64,000 bases of DNA, taken from contig CM052832.1 in assembly GCA_028534125.1 (NCBI GenBank), positions 22,942,001 to 23,006,000 of the forward strand, read 5' to 3'. Below the pieces are notes generated by a model, which saw nothing but the letters and a program-made list of their open reading frames with translations, was not told where the DNA came from and ran no database searches. The first letter of the stretch is position 1. Each line of letters opens with the position of its first letter. A program made the position numbers and the translations under genes. Shown here one piece after another: positions 12,121 to 26,455 of this stretch. This DNA comes from Lama glama. Lineage: Eukaryota.

Positions 12121-13867
12121 TTATGAGACATCTCATGTAGTTAGTCAGCTTAATGCCTTCACTGGAAGGTCTTGAAGGTAAAAACACAGTGGACTTCAAT
12201 TTCAGTGAAGGAGAGTTCAGGACACTTACTCTGTTCACAGATTTTCAGGAGAGGCTGTGAAAATTACCATAAAGAGAAAATGGCATTAAAATCATCCTTC
12301 TTGGGTGGATTTTGATAGGTTCCATCCCTGCAGGCAGAGAATGAGGCTCCTCTTAAAACCACTTCTAAAAATGTAAGTCTAAATATAGGTACCTTTGCAG
12401 GTACCCATATTTGGAGATTCTGTTTTTCTCCTGTTACTTGAAAAATGAACCATACACAACTTCCCACATAGAGCTAAACTAGACAGTTATTATTTTCACT
12501 AATACATTTTCCTGGTTGCTGCTGCTAAGAACATGAAACAGAACCTGTGTTCAGCTTTCCACAGAGAAAGCAGAAAGCAATCAGCTAGATGACACTCCCC
12601 ACCCCAAATACATGTAACTAACAATGAACTCAATGTCATTAATGAAAAGTTTCCTCGGCCATAATCAAAACATGATTCTGGGTTTGGTAGCCACATAAAA
12701 TGTCCTTAGATGATACCAAAATCTTCCAGGACAAAGAAAGCGGCAGCAGTCCTCGTAAGACAATGTGGTAACTAGTGAGGAGACTAAGTCCTAGTCAGAA
12801 TGTTTGAGAAATGGCAAGACAAGTCATCCACAGAAAGCAGCATCGTTAGGGAATGTTACCACTCTTCTCACACATCAATATCTTTCCTTCAAATATTTAT
12901 GTTAAGTAGTTCATAGACTATTAATATTTTAAAAGAAGCTAAATATTATAGGGGACAGGCAATAAGAGCAGTGAGTGCCAAGGCAGTGGATGCCTAACAT
13001 TAAGTGTGTCTTCATCTCTTTCCCTCTAAGAAGCCTAAATTAATTATACACTAAATTGGGGAATTAAGACTCCTGGAGACACACTTCTCTGTTTGGAATT
13101 GTATTTCCACTTCAAAAGCGAGGGTTATTTATTAGTAATTAGACCCTACATCCAAGTTATCTCAATGCCAGTTAATACAGCACCTCAAATAAGAAACTTA
13201 GAAGCACAAGTCCTTGATGTGTTCTACATTATCTTCACATGTGATATTTCCTACACTCATTGCTTATTCAGGACCCATGTCTCTCCTGAAATTTTATAGA
13301 TTGAGGTAAAAAGAAATCAATAATATCAAAAATGATTATCATCATCTCATTTTTATTAAGTGCTAACTAAATGCCAGGAGCTGATCTAAACAATTAGCAT
13401 CCATTAAACTCTTTTAATCCTCATGCTAATCCTTGAAGAAGGTAGGTCTTATTATTACAATTAACAGATATGGAAACTAGGCACAAAGAGTTTAAGGTTT
13501 AAAAATAAAAAATCAGGTAAATACCAAGTTGGGACTGAATACTATATAGCCATTAAAAATCAAGCTCAATATAAATATTGACAAAATTTCATGATACATA
13601 CAGGTAAGTACTAATAGTGGTAATTTAGAATAATTCTTGTGCTGAAGGTGAAGAAGGGAGGAAAGACAGGTAGAAACCAGCACAGTCACTAAAATTTTAC
13701 AAATTTTATCTGTAGATAGCGATGTTATTGCCTTTTTTATGCTTTGTATATTTTTCAAATGTTTCCCAGTGAACACATATTACTTTTATAATTAAAAAAT
13801 CTAGTAATTAAAAATTAATCTACCTGATTTTCTTCCTACATTTAACCAAAATGCTGGTTGCCAAGTT

Positions 13868-15640
13868 TATTCATTCATTCAACAAACAATTATGGAAAGC
13901 CTTTCACGTAAAGCATTATTTTGGGTTCTCAAGATACAGCAGTGAACAAGGTTGACAAGGACCCTGCCCTACAAGAGCTTGCGTTCATGTGACAGAAGAC
14001 ATAAACCATTACACAAATTGATAATTTTGTTATGCAATAAATGTTATAAAGGAAATAAACAGTTGATAAGATAGAAAGTAACTGCTGTATGTAGGGGGCA
14101 GTTAAGTTCAAAAAGATGCTCTAAGTAGAGCTCTCTTAGGATACATTTGAGACATGAAGTATGAGAAGGAGCAAGCCATTCAAGGAGCAGTCTTATTCAA
14201 TGAGACTGAGAAAGGGTGGTGGCAAAAAGAATGGATATACAAAGACCCAAAGGTGCAAAAAGGCTTAGCAAGTTCAATACATGAACAAGCTCCATGTGGC
14301 TAGAGAATAATGAGTAAGGAAAAGGAAAATGATTGGGAAGGCAGGCAATGGTCAGCTCAAGGAGGGCCATGGAGGCCCCTCAAGAGGCGATGAGAAGCCG
14401 TTGAAGTATTTTAGGTAGAGAAATAACATGATCATTTCTTAACATCAAAACAAAACAAAACATTCCATTCTTTGTGTGAATAATGAACTATGGAATTCAA
14501 GAATGGAAAACTATACAATCAATGAGAAGGCTACTGCTGTAATGCAGGCCAGAGATGGCAATGACTGAAGAAGTACAGTGACGGTTAACAAGGAAAAGAA
14601 GTGAAGGATTCAAGAATTATTTTCAAGATACAACATATAGGACTTGGTGCCATTTTTGGATCTGAGGCACAAGAAAAAAATGTAGTTACAAATAACATGG
14701 GGAATATAGGCTTAATCAATCAAATGATGGTGATATAATTTCCTGACATGGGGAAGTTTAGGAAGAGATTAGGTCATGGAAGGGTGACAGGAAGAAGAAA
14801 AATGACATTTTAGACATGTTAAACTGGAAATGTCTAAACTGGAAATGCGTAACATCTATGTGGATTCATAAAGTAGACAGATACATGAATTCAAGCCCTT
14901 TGGAATAGAGATATAAAGGTACTACTTCATCAGCCTGGTAATAAGTTACTTCCTCTTCTAAGGAGAAGCTATGGCTAAGAAAAGAAATGTCCTAAGATAA
15001 CACTGGGCACTCTTATATCTTGAAGTTGGGTAGGAGAAGAAAAGCCAGCAAAGGAGCTTGAAAAAGAGAAGCTACAGAGATGAGGAAAAGACTAGGAGAA
15101 TGTGGGACCATGCGAATCAAGAATGTTTGCAAAGGGATGGGGGGTGAGAAGGGAGACTGGGATTTCAAAATTTGTAGATACTGACAGGCATAGGCAGAAT
15201 AGATAAACAAGATTATACGGCATAGCATAGGGAAATACATAGAAGATCTTGTGGTAGCTCACAGCAAAAAAAAAAAATAATGTGACAATGAATATATGTA
15301 TGTTCATGTATAACTGAAAAATTGTGCTCTACACTGGAATTTGACACAACATTGTAAAATGACTATAACTCAATTTAAAAATGTTTAAAAAAATAAAAAA
15401 TAAATTCAAAAAGTAGAATTATTAAAAAAAAAAAAAAGAATGTTTGAAAAAGGAGCAAACAGGCCATGCAGGATGATGCTGTGATTTCAAGAAAGATGAA
15501 GCCTGAGCAGTGCCCACTGGATTCAAAACATGGAGACTGTGGCCTTGACAAGTTTCCATGGAGGAAGGGGAACAGATACCTGTTTGGAATAGTTAAATGG
15601 TAAATAAGAGACAGTAGATCCAAAATATAAAAAAAAACTG
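13868..15640 (-). mobile_element. Long L2 fragment interrupted by a young L1
   Basis: Starts with the TTCATTCATTCAACAAAC L2 tail and continues as purine-rich reversed L2 (GATACAGCAGTGAACAAG...CCCTGCCCT; GCAGGCCAGAGATG). Confidence 0.75.
15130..15435 (+). mobile_element. Young camelid-type L1 3' end with poly(A) tail
   Basis: GTGGTAGCTCACAGC...TGTGACAATGAATATATGTATGTTCATGTATAACTGAAAAATTGTGCTCTACACTGGAATTTGACACAACATTG. 11-bp TSD AAGAATGTTTG at 15119-15129 and 15436-15446. Confidence 0.9.
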
Positions 15641-16127
15641 AAGTGACTTCCCACTCCTTTGTTGTCTTCACTGCCCTGCATCATTCTCCCTGGAGGACTA
15701 ATGAGCTAAAGTCAGTCTGTTTGTCTGTAAACACAGTCACTATTGAAAAAGAGATGGTGCAATATGTTAATTTTACTGCTATTGTTTGTAGAAGAAAAAG
15801 AACATCATTTTTTCAGCACACAGGAAAACATTTCCAAGTAGTCTTTCCATTTCATTTATGTTATAGATCTTGTTCCAAAATCAAGCATGGTTCTGCCCCA
15901 ACTTCAAAATACATGACATGACTAACATTAATGGTGGAACCCAGATACGAAGACAGAGGCTCACCTCTAGTTTCTGACAGAGCTGCTACTGAACGTGCCT
16001 TTCTATTAATAGCATATTCTAAAAATGTAATAATTGTGAAAACATTCCAAAGAGTTTTCCAAGACTACAAGCATAAATGAAATCAACACTTGTAGAAACA
16101 GTTTTCCTTCAAGTGACTTTCTTCTAA

Positions 16128-17300
16128 CTTTGGTCTCAGGGTAATGCTGGGTTTATAATGAATTTGGAACCATTCCTTCTTCCTCTATTATCCAAAATAA
16201 CTTGTTTAGGATTGATATTATTTCTTTCTTAAATGCTTAATAGAATTCACCATGAAGCCAGATGGCTCTGGAGCATTCTTTGTGGGAAAGTTTTAAAATA
16301 TGGCTTTAATTACATTAATAAACAGATAGATATTCAGTTCTCTTTCTTCATGTGTCAGTTTTGATAATTTTTGAGTTATGAAATTTGTCTGTTTCTTTAA
16401 GTTGTCATAATTAACTGGCATAAATATATTTTAAATATTTCTTATGTTAACCTCCATAGGAAATGTAGTTCCTCCTTTGTAAACTATCAGTATGAGTAAA
16501 GATGTCCCTTCTGTCTTTTTTCTTGATCAGTCTAGCTAGAGTTTTATCAGTTTTAATGATCCTTCCAAAGAACCAATTTTGGATTGCATTTCTCTTGTGA
16601 TTTCTTTTTGACCAGTGGATTATTTAAAGGATATTATTTAATGTGAAATATTTGAAATTTTTCCAGATATCTTATCTATTGATTTATTATTTAATTTGTT
16701 GTGATAAGATAACATACTTTTATTGTTTCAAAAATTTTACATTTCTTGATACTTGTTTCATGAACCACCACATGGTCTATCTTGACGAATGCTTCATACA
16801 CACCTGAAAAGAATGTGTATTCTGCTGGTTTTGGTTGATGTGATCTGTGTATGTCAACTAGGTCAAGTTATTTGTTTGAATCTTCTGTGTACTTTTTGCT
16901 TATCTGTTTATCTGTTATGTATATTCCTGAGAAAGGAATGTGGATATCTCTAACTGTGAATCTGTCTACTTCTTTAAGTTCTATCAATTTGCTTGTTCTT
17001 TTAAGCTCATTTATAAGGTATATAAACCTATAAGAATATTATGTCTTGATGAGTTGACCCCTTGATGATCATTACGTAATTCCCCTCTCTATTCCTGGTA
17101 GTATTCTTTTTCAGAAGTCTACCTTATATGCCGTATCAATAGCCACTCCAGCCTCCAGCATTCTAACGTTTAGAGACTGTATCATGTATTTCCCCATCAT
17201 TCCACTTGGAGCGTCTCTGTATATTTATATTTAATGTGTTTTTCATAAATAGTATACACTTGGGTCTTACTTTGTGTCCAGTACAACTTCTGCCTTTACA
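16128..17300 (-). mobile_element. Old L1 ORF2 fragment (decayed)
   Basis: T-rich reversed ORF2 motifs (AGGGTAATGCTGG, TAGAATTCACCATGAAGCCA, TGAAAAGAATGTGTATTCTGCTG). No long open frame. Confidence 0.8.
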
Positions 17301-18229
17301 GGACACGTTCTCACCTATTCCTTCACACTTTTAAGGTATATTTGCTGACTGCAGTGAAACTAAGAAAAAGAAAGCTGGAATAGTTTTTCTCTTTAAATTC
17401 TTTGTAATATAAAGGTATTAGAAGCCAGTATAAAGGCACTAGATTCTAGACTACCAACCTGCTGAGTCATTTTAACTATTCAACATTGTAAATGATTGTG
17501 AACTGTGGAAATTTTACAGAAGTCATGTCCCATCTCCTACACTTCTTGTGTATTGATGGTAATGACAATAAAAGCCATTAAATTACAGAGTTGTAAGGGA
17601 ACATTAAAGCCCTTCTGGCCCAAGCTCCTTAGTTTTATAGGTATGGAAAGTAAGGCCAGAGGTTAAATAACTTACTCATGAGCACACAGGAAGTAATCTT
17701 TCTGAGCCAAGACAAGAGTGCTGACTATACCACCATCTCAATTTATGTTGGTTAAACATTTGCCATTTTCAAGCTATAAAGCTCTGAACACCCATCCTCA
17801 ATGTGTGAGTCTTGGTGAGAGGCCAGATCCTACCTTCCACTCTGTAACTGAATGGCCCAGATCATTCTCCTCGCTCCCTGAGTAGCTTGGGCGTGAACAT
17901 CTTACCAGCTGGGTTCTCCATTCTGATACTAAACCACTGAGGGCAGGATGCTTCACAGAGGTCAGGATTCTGGCATTAGCAGTTGAGAGAGAGCTGCAGC
18001 ACTATCAAGAGTCCAGCAGAAGGACTCTTTCTACAGTATGACCTCAGCTGTGTTCCATTCTGCCCAGTCCCTCTTGATTTCTGATGGTTTTCCATTTCTT
18101 ATTCTCCAGGTTTCCCATAGATTCTCTAAATTTCCAGATATAGCTCCTAAGACTAATTTAGTCAGATTTTGTTCCAGTTCCCTGTAACTGAAAGACGAGG
18201 GGGGAAACTGAGATCCCCTTCTTTGGACA

Positions 18230-18545
18230 TTTGTAGAAGTGGCAACATAACTGCTGACCGGCTCAATTTGTAGATGTGGTGGGGATATTTTTGGTGTACA
18301 CAATTTTAAAAATTGAAATTAGTCACCAACATTCAAAAATAGATAGAGACCAATCCAAAATCTGATCTCTGGCTTATCTTGAAAAAGCAGTCAATACGGC
18401 AGACCACATAGCATGGCAACCACCCAACTGGAAATGAGCAGCAAGTCCTGTCCTCCCAGCAAACGCGTAATTTACGAGTCACCAGCATCCCCATGTAGAC
18501 CGCTTACTTCATTTACAACTATGTGCCGCCTGGTAGCCCCTGTTC
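18230..18545. mobile_element. MER102-like hAT-Charlie fragment
   Basis: CTCTGGCTTATCTTGAAAAA...GCATGGCAACCACCCAACTGGAAATGAGCAGC resembles MER102. Confidence 0.55.
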
Positions 18546-20156
18546 CAGTCATACGGGACTCCTCCCAGTTCTTTTTATAAACAGCACGCAGTTTCCTGTC
18601 TTCAGGGCTTTATACACCATGTACCTTCTGCCTCATTTACTTCTATGACTTATAAACACTTCATCATCCTTCATGGTTATAACCAAATGCCTTGTGCACT
18701 TTGAAGCTTTTCCTGGTTTCCTCAAGCAGAGGTGATTATCGCCTCCTGAACCAGGGCTGCATCCTGTACTTACCTTCTACTTTATCACAATGACTTCTAT
18801 ACGTACATGCCTCTTTTGATTGGTTGGCTTCATAGAAGTCAGGGCCCACAGGGTGTGTGTGGCACGGGAAGCGGCTTGCACACATATGTTTTCATCCCAG
18901 AATCCTCAGGCACTAACAAACGAATGACTCTATGAACGTGGTGAATCCCTCATCTATTACTCTCTTTATAAAATATCAGTAACAATTTTCACCTGCTTCA
19001 CAGGGGTGTCTTAAGATTTGATTCACATTTACAAAGCACTTGGAAATCCTTGGATTTGAGATGCTGTGAAAGTGAACACATTATTATTATCAACTTGAGG
19101 CGGATAAACTGTAAAGAGAATGCACAGGACTGGATTGCTTGATATTTACAATAATACAGGTCTCTTTGCTGGGAATGCTACCTCTCTGGAAATGCATATT
19201 ATGAATTACATTTTCTTTCCCTAGGAAATGGTTCTTAAAATAAAGCCAGACCTCTGTGCTGGTTACATTTTGCTTCATACTTGGATTTATATAGCTCAGA
19301 GCAACATATCATACAGCCTGCTATGAAACACTCTGGATACCCTCAAGGTATATATAAGCATAGACAAAAAGGAAAGGTAATTTTCTATTATTATGAACTA
19401 GCTCAATGAAATGTCACCCTTCTATACTAAATCATATAAAGCAAACCTTCTGGATACTTAAAGTGAGAAATCAGAATTTGTTACACGGGTTTTGTTTTTT
19501 ATCACAGCCAAGTTTTAGAGGGAAATGTGTCTGTGTCTTCAGCACTTTCTCAACTCCCTTTTAAGCTGCCTAACTTAAAGGGATATGAGCACCTCACCCC
19601 CACATGCTCCTTTTCAGCAGTGCTCTGAAATTTTCTCATCTCCCGTCAGCAGTTTTCTGATGCATCACCACTGCTTCTTGCTCCATTTCAGTGTCGGAGA
19701 AGATTGCATTCTGATAAGCCCACCTGCAGGAAGATTTCCCCTTCTCATCGCCAATCTATCGCTTGTGCTCCCTTCACGGACAGTCTTCCTGGAGTGCATG
19801 TCTACTTTCTCATCTCCCCACTCATGAGTCATTCCAGTTTAATCAGGCCTCCGTTCCCCACAACTCCTCTGAAACTGCTCTGGCGAAAGTTTCCAGTGAC
19901 CTCTTAACACTGAGCCTTTGCTCTTTCTGCTCCCTCTACCTAAAATGGTCTTCCCCAGGAAATCCTGGTTTCAAAACTCGTCGCAAGGGGTACCTTCTTA
20001 TGATGATGCCAGTCACAGCATCCTTTCCCAGACTTGGTCAGATGTCTCTTTTGTCTCCACTGTACGCCACATATAATTCCATCAGAATACTATATTGTTC
20101 TTATATTTTATACCTTGGCCTCCTCCTTTACACCATAAACTCCTTTAGGTCAAGTA

Positions 20157-20391
20157 TGGTTGACTCCTAAACAACACAGGAGTTAGGGGCGCCGACTCTC
20201 CACTCAGTTGAAAATTCACATATCACCTACAATTGGCCCTCCATATCTCTGGTTCCTCCAAATCCTCAGTTCTGCATCCCCAGATTCAACCAACCTCAGT
20301 CTGTAGTACTGTAGTATTGACTATATTTTTTAAAACTCTGCATGTAAGTGGACCCCTGCAGTTCAAATCCCTGTTGTTGCAAGATCAACTA
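20157..20391. mobile_element. Tigger1-derived MITE (TcMar-Tigger) inserted in L2
   Basis: TA followed by TGGTTGACTCCTAAACAACAC ... GTTGTTGCAAGATCAACT terminal inverted repeats. Internal GATTCAACCAACC and TAAGTGGACCCCTGCAGTTCAAA. Confidence 0.85.
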
Positions 20392-20624
20392 CATTACTAA
20401 TTTCACCTTTATATCTTTAGCGTCTAATACAGTAAATACCAAATAACTGCTTTTTATGAAGGGAAAATAAATGCAGAGCTAATAAGCATCAGGTTAATAT
20501 GTTACCTCTGCTGGTATATTTTGATTTTAACAGTGATATACTCATGGAAATTGCACAGCAGTAAGAATCCTGGAAGGCTGTGGACTGGAAGGGATTTTGC
20601 AGAGTGGCTGTCCCCAACTTCTTC

Positions 20625-20890
20625 CCTTGGAATCTAGTGTTACAAGATACTAATGCATTTTCTTAAAAGAGTGTTCCATGGTCTAAAAATGTAGGGGAAT
20701 AATGTATACAAAAGCGAATCTATGTTTGTATTATTTTTGACTTCAGGATTTCTGAAAGCCTTTCTCATATACCATTGATACCTAAAAGGGATGTATGAGT
20801 ATTTCCCAAATTTGTTTGAGGGCAGACAATTTTATTTACAGAGCATCCCACAGAACGGGTGTTTTTCAGAACACACTTTGGACAAAACTA
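20625..20890. mobile_element. MER113-like hAT-Charlie element
   Basis: GTGTTCCATGGTC, GTATTTCCCAAATTTGTTTG, CAGAACACACTTTGG. Confidence 0.5.
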
Positions 20891-22209
20891 GTGAGGCTGA
20901 TTACTTGTATTTAACAGGAAGAAAATGATGATCAGAGATCCAATGCAATACCCCAATGTCTCACTGATACTAGAACTGGGTCTTCCAATTTCTCAGCCAG
21001 CATTCTTTCCAATAATAGATGATGGTAGAATTCTCAACTCTTTGGGAGACCATTTGAGATTAGATATAAAAAGGAGAATTTAAGAGAATCCATGGCCTAA
21101 CAGGACAAGATACAATAAGTATGATGTGATAAGTGTTACAATATAGGAAAAAAAAAAAAGATCATTGTAATGGTGAGGTCCTGAAGGTGATGGGAGGGGA
21201 TAAGACACAGAACAGATGACAAATCTTACATAGCATTGTGAGGCACTGCCCCACTGAAGTAGGATAACTTGGGAATAAGAGTGTGTTCTCAAAACACACA
21301 AGACAGACCATTACTTACTCTACCACTAAGTAAGGCTAACTCATTCTCCGTTTAATGAGAAGCCATTGCATATTTGGCTCATGGATAGTAAGTAGATTTG
21401 GACACTCCCTTGAGGTTCTTTACAATAACAAAGGGAAAATTAAGAACAGAACATATATACAGAGTCTATGCTCAGACTTTAAAAAAACTTACAGTGGAAT
21501 CCCAAACCTCCTACTCAGTTTTCTATTGCTCACTGATTTAACAGTCTTGACCAATATTGCTTTGAAGTATCCATTCTGAATAGTGGGTTCTAACTATTCT
21601 TAAATATGATGGATTGTAAGCTTGATTTTCCCAAAGCTGGCCTATAAATATGTTTAGTTTTCTTGTTCCTTTCATAATCAGCTTGGACTCATCTTAGAAT
21701 CTTTCAGATAAAACCGCTGTTTCCTATACCAGCTGTTAGCTTTCCTTCCTTGGGTATAATTCAGAATGAATCAGAGGGCAGAGTCCAGGTGAAACTAATT
21801 TAGGTATTAGCTAGAGGGAACTACTTGTAGATCAATTTTACTCTGACAGATAAATTTGCCTTAGAGATCCAATTACATACAATATTAAGACTAGCATGAA
21901 TCACCTATCACACTTGGAAACAGCTACTAATTAAAGCACAAAGATACCAGAACATTCAGAGAACACACTGAAATGGAGTTTTTAAGGATTCAAAATGAAA
22001 AAAAGAAGGAGTATTATTTATTTCTAGAAGATAAATTCCAGCAGTCATGTTTGTCGGCTATTGCTGGGTTCAGGGAGCCACAGTGAAATTCATTTTTACA
22101 ATTTTTGCTATCTCTTTGATTTTTTTTTATTCCGACCTCCCCATCCAGCATGGAAACTGTAATCTTGCCAAGAGCCCATGAAAGTGTTATTTTCCTAATA
22201 CAAAGAGAG

Positions 22210-22430
22210 TGTAGTATAGTCTAGTAGCTAAAAGCATGGACCCAAGAATCAGACTGTTTCTAACCAGTTATATGACTTTTGTGTAAGTTCCTTAAAGGAT
22301 CTAAGTATTAGGTTTCTGTTTAAAAACTATAAAGTGGAAATAAGAATAGTAACTGCCTCATAGTGTTGTCAGAGAACTAAATGAGTTAATGTCTGAAAAA
22401 CACTTGACAGAATGTTTGAAACAGAGTGCA
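22210..22430 (+). mobile_element. MIR SINE
   Basis: AAAAGCATGGACCC..AATCAGAC...AATAGTAACTGCCTCATAGTGTTGT...TAAATGAGTTAAT. Confidence 0.7.
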
Positions 22431-23801
22431 CCCATGCACAAATACACCAAAAACACACACTAAGTTAGTTTGTGTCTCTCCTTTTTCACTTGGTTCCCTG
22501 AAATGAAATGAAGACTTTTCACTGTATTATCTATGTTGCGTTTTGATTCATTAGGAATTACTCTTGGCTATTTGCTTAGATGTATCTGCAAATCATCAAT
22601 ATTGATGTCATTTAAAATCACCTGAATAATACAGATAACAGTATTTTATTTTTTAGAAAGAACAATAAAAAGGTAAGAATCTAAAATAATGTAAACATAT
22701 CTGCACCAATTATAACTACCTTGCTGTGTCTGGCATCCTTTACACCCCTAGTCATTAATGCTACTCGTATGAATCTTTGGGGCAAACATTCATTCATTTG
22801 TTCATCCAACAGGTATGAATGCTTTCTAGGTCTTTGGCACTCATCCAGGCACTGGGTTTTAAAAGACAAATGAGATATGGTACCTTCCTTGAGAATTTAT
22901 ATCTTCTGATTCATATACTTATTTTTTTACTTTGAAATTATACTAATGGTTTTATGATTTCTCAGTTGCAAGCCATGTTTGCCCCACTCTGTTTCCTCAG
23001 AAATGTAATTAATTGAACAGATTTTCTCTCTTCGGCTTACCAGGAGCACTAAGGCTCCAGGAACATCACGTATCTTTGCAAACCAGAGGTTTCATGGAAA
23101 TGTAAATTATGGGGAGATGGGACAACAGGGGTCTGGCTTCATAGAAAGGCACAAAACTCCAAGTAAATCAAGAGACATTCCTGATACAGTTTGTGGCAGT
23201 TCTGGGGCCAGAGGAGAATGTGAGAGAGAGACAAAGATACTCTCTTTCTGAAGAAACTATCAAAAGATATGTTATCAACGTTTTTATGTACCTCGTGATA
23301 AGTATATTGAATTAAATTGCTTAGGCATGCGGATTTAGAAAGAACTATAAAGAGTGTGACATGTGTTAAGGCTCAACGTCCTCCTCATTGTTAAATAAAA
23401 CCATCAGGATGATTGGGCTGAAAAACGTCTGAACCCCCATTTTAGCTCCCAAGTTAGAAATCCTTAGCTGTCTTGAGGTGAGTTACGTGACTCAGGTAGT
23501 TAAATCTTCATTAAAAATGAGATCACAGTTGGAAATGATATTTACGTTGCTTTTCATTCAGAGAAATGAAACTTACTTAAAGGTTAGGGCAGAATAAAGC
23601 AGGGTTCATAAACGCTGATGAGGTGGTCTGATTGCAGGCGCTTTTGCAAGCCTGCTGAGAAAAGCACAGATGTACAAAACTTTGCACAGGAGCTTCTTGG
23701 AATCCCTTAGGAAACCACATCCAGAGAAACTACAGAAACCCATGGATACTTAAGAAGGATGCTTGCTCTGACTTTTTGTGTGCGTGTGGTTGCAATTAGC
23801 T

Positions 23802-23980
23802 GACACACAAATGGTAACTATGTGAGGTGATAGATGTGTTAATTAACTTGAGTGGATTAATTTCACAATGTACTCATACATTAAATCATCATATTGTACA
23901 CCTTAAAAAAATCATGCTGTCCGACCTAAATATACACAATTTTTATTTGTCAGTCCTACCTCATTAAAGCTGGGGGAAAA
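23802..23980 (+). mobile_element. L1MA/MB-type 3' terminal fragment
   Basis: ATGGTAACTATGTGAGGTGATAGATGTGTTAATTAACTTGA...TTGTACACCTTAAA...TAAAGCTGGGGGAAAA. Confidence 0.8.
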
Positions 23981-26129
23981 ACAATACCTTAAGACAAACC
24001 AAAAAACAAAAACAACAAAGTTTGGGTTAGCCTCCTGACTCTCCGCTTGCAAACATCTTGCACTAATGCAGCTCCCGTCTAATCTCAGTTTGTCCTTCAG
24101 ATATAAGCATAGTCACTGAGTCCTATACTTCCTATAGGAACAGTAGGCCAACTGCGGCTCAGCTGCCCGGCACGATCTCTCAACCGTGTGGCCTCAGGGT
24201 TGGAGTTGGGGTTGGGGACCATGAAAAGAGCAGAAGCGGAACGTGTACTCTCCTACACATGTGTGCCTGAGCCTCTCAGAATCCAGGGAGGCTTAAACGA
24301 GGAGCGGCTGAGGAAGATCGAAAGGGAGGGAGGGAGAGAGGCTGCCCAAAGCCTAGCTACATTCACCTCCAACTCCTCTGTCAGCCCAATGGTTAACTTC
24401 TTCCAGAATAAGTGTTTGACATTAGTTTGGAGCAGGGGAGGAGAGAGCCTAGTTAGCACAGAGCAGACAGCAATAGGAAGTGCCTATTCTTTGCATTCTT
24501 TAAAAATTACATTGCAACGGGGCGATTCATAGTCTTCGTAACAATTATTTAAGCTGCATAATATTCCACATAGTGGATGATTTATTATTTTGTTTTTAAT
24601 TTTGCTTATAATTAGGTGGTACTTTAATTTTCCTTGAAATGAGTAATGCTGAAAAATAAATCTATGATGCTCTTTAGGCAAATAGATTTTTCCACCAGAT
24701 TATGAAATAGTAATTTCTTACAAACTACAGTTTAGGGATAAACAAAAACATAAAGCTAGTATTCTTTCTACAAATAGCCCATTCAAACCAATTGTCTAAA
24801 ATGAAACAAAATGAAAAACAGACAAAAATAACAGGATAGTTTCTGCTCTTTATATAAGAGATTATGGACATAACAGGAAGACCCAAAGTCTATGTATCAC
24901 CTATACTTCCAATATACGGATGGGAGATCAGACCTAGAAAAATGTGCTAACATGGAACATGAATATTTTTTAACGCCACCTGGTTACTGAAGCATTTTGC
25001 TAACACGTATGATATAAAATACAGAAGAATGAAAGTGAAAAAGATGCGAGACTTCCAGGCACTAAGTGTTTATTTGAAAGCTGGAGAGAAGTAGTTTGTA
25101 GAACAAAAAACTTCCAGATGATTCTGCCAGAGGAGTTCACAGTGGTGACAGTAATATTGCAGAAAAATGGAAGAACCAGAATTTTATACCAACTAACCTA
25201 GCATATTTAGGTTAATGGGTGCTCTGTAGAATTTTTATTTACCTAGTTTTGAAAACAATCTATATAATGCCGTATTTTCTCTATCACTGATCCATTAATT
25301 TTACTCAAATCATGACCTTATCAAAGCAGCTTCTCGGGGTGGCAGCCAACCACACTGCCTTTCATGAATGCCACCTGAGATGGCTGATAAGGGATTACAG
25401 TGCTTCTTTGCGTTAGGGATCCCAGAGGTGGGATTAGTGAAGTTACAAGCATCTTTATGACTCCTGACATATTGGTAGCAAGACCATACTTGCAAAGCTT
25501 TTGGTACATTTTGCTGGATTATTTTCCCAAAGGATTGTATTAACTTACCAGAAATGCATGAGGAGAGCGATTTCCTTTCACCTTCAAATGTTTAGGCTTT
25601 GCCTTTGATTTTTTTTCCTGTGTTTAAAAGCAGACGGGAATAGGCATTTAGGAACTATTAAGAAGCGCCCTTCTCAGCCTGAAGCGGCAAAGGAAATCCC
25701 AAAATTCCAATTTCAAATTCCATCTTGCTCAGTTTTTAAATGGCTAGAGCCTAATATCAAAGACATGTTTGACGCATGCCACCTTGGCCTGTCCTGAGCA
25801 CCCAGGAAATTTTAGGGTCTCTTGTGGCTCTATCGTTAATGTGTGCTTAGGTGGTTTTACTTGAGACAGGGACAATTCAAAGATGACTGCCATGTACAAA
25901 TCTGGGTTCTGTATTAAAACAATTCATATTTTAACTAAAGGCAAAGATAAATATTTTTATTATGTGGTTGTTATTATATGTGTTTCTGTTCTTCTTGAAT
26001 AAAGGAAGAGACTGTACAGCATATGAGTATTTAAAAATTCCCAAGTATGGTAAAATCAAGGCTGAGAAATAGCTCTCTGAAGAATTCCATTTTCTATTCT
26101 TCCTTCCTAGCTTATGAAAAACTATACTT

Positions 26130-26455
26130 TCCAATTCTTTTGTAGGTTGGCAAAACCATGTGACCAGTTCTGGCCAATGAGATTTAGGAAGGAGAGCTGG
26201 CTGTCATTTCTGAGCTGTGGTAGTGGAAATTCTTTGTGGTTCTCCAGGGTCTTTCTTTTCTCAGTCTCGCAAACCTCATGTGGCAATGTTGGGGCCTCTG
26301 TCAGTCTGCATCCTAAGTGACCATGTGCCACTGCATCCCCCATCCTGCTCCCCTACAACCTGCATTAGGATACACGAACAGGAAATGAAACTCGATTGGA
26401 TTCTGAGATCCAGCAGTTAGCTTGTTTCTGTAGCATGACCTTCCCTGAACAATAC
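26130..26455 (+). mobile_element. Old ERVL/MaLR LTR remnant
   Basis: CCATGTGACCAGTTCTGGCCAATGAGAT and a terminal TTGTTTCTGTAGCATGACCTTCCCTGAACAATAC. Confidence 0.55.

Noticed and set aside
22657..22672. Plus-strand 16-nt microexon-like TTTTTTAG|AAAGAACAATAAAAAG|GTAAGA
   Set aside because: Not frame-preserving, and no other plus-strand gene structure supports it.
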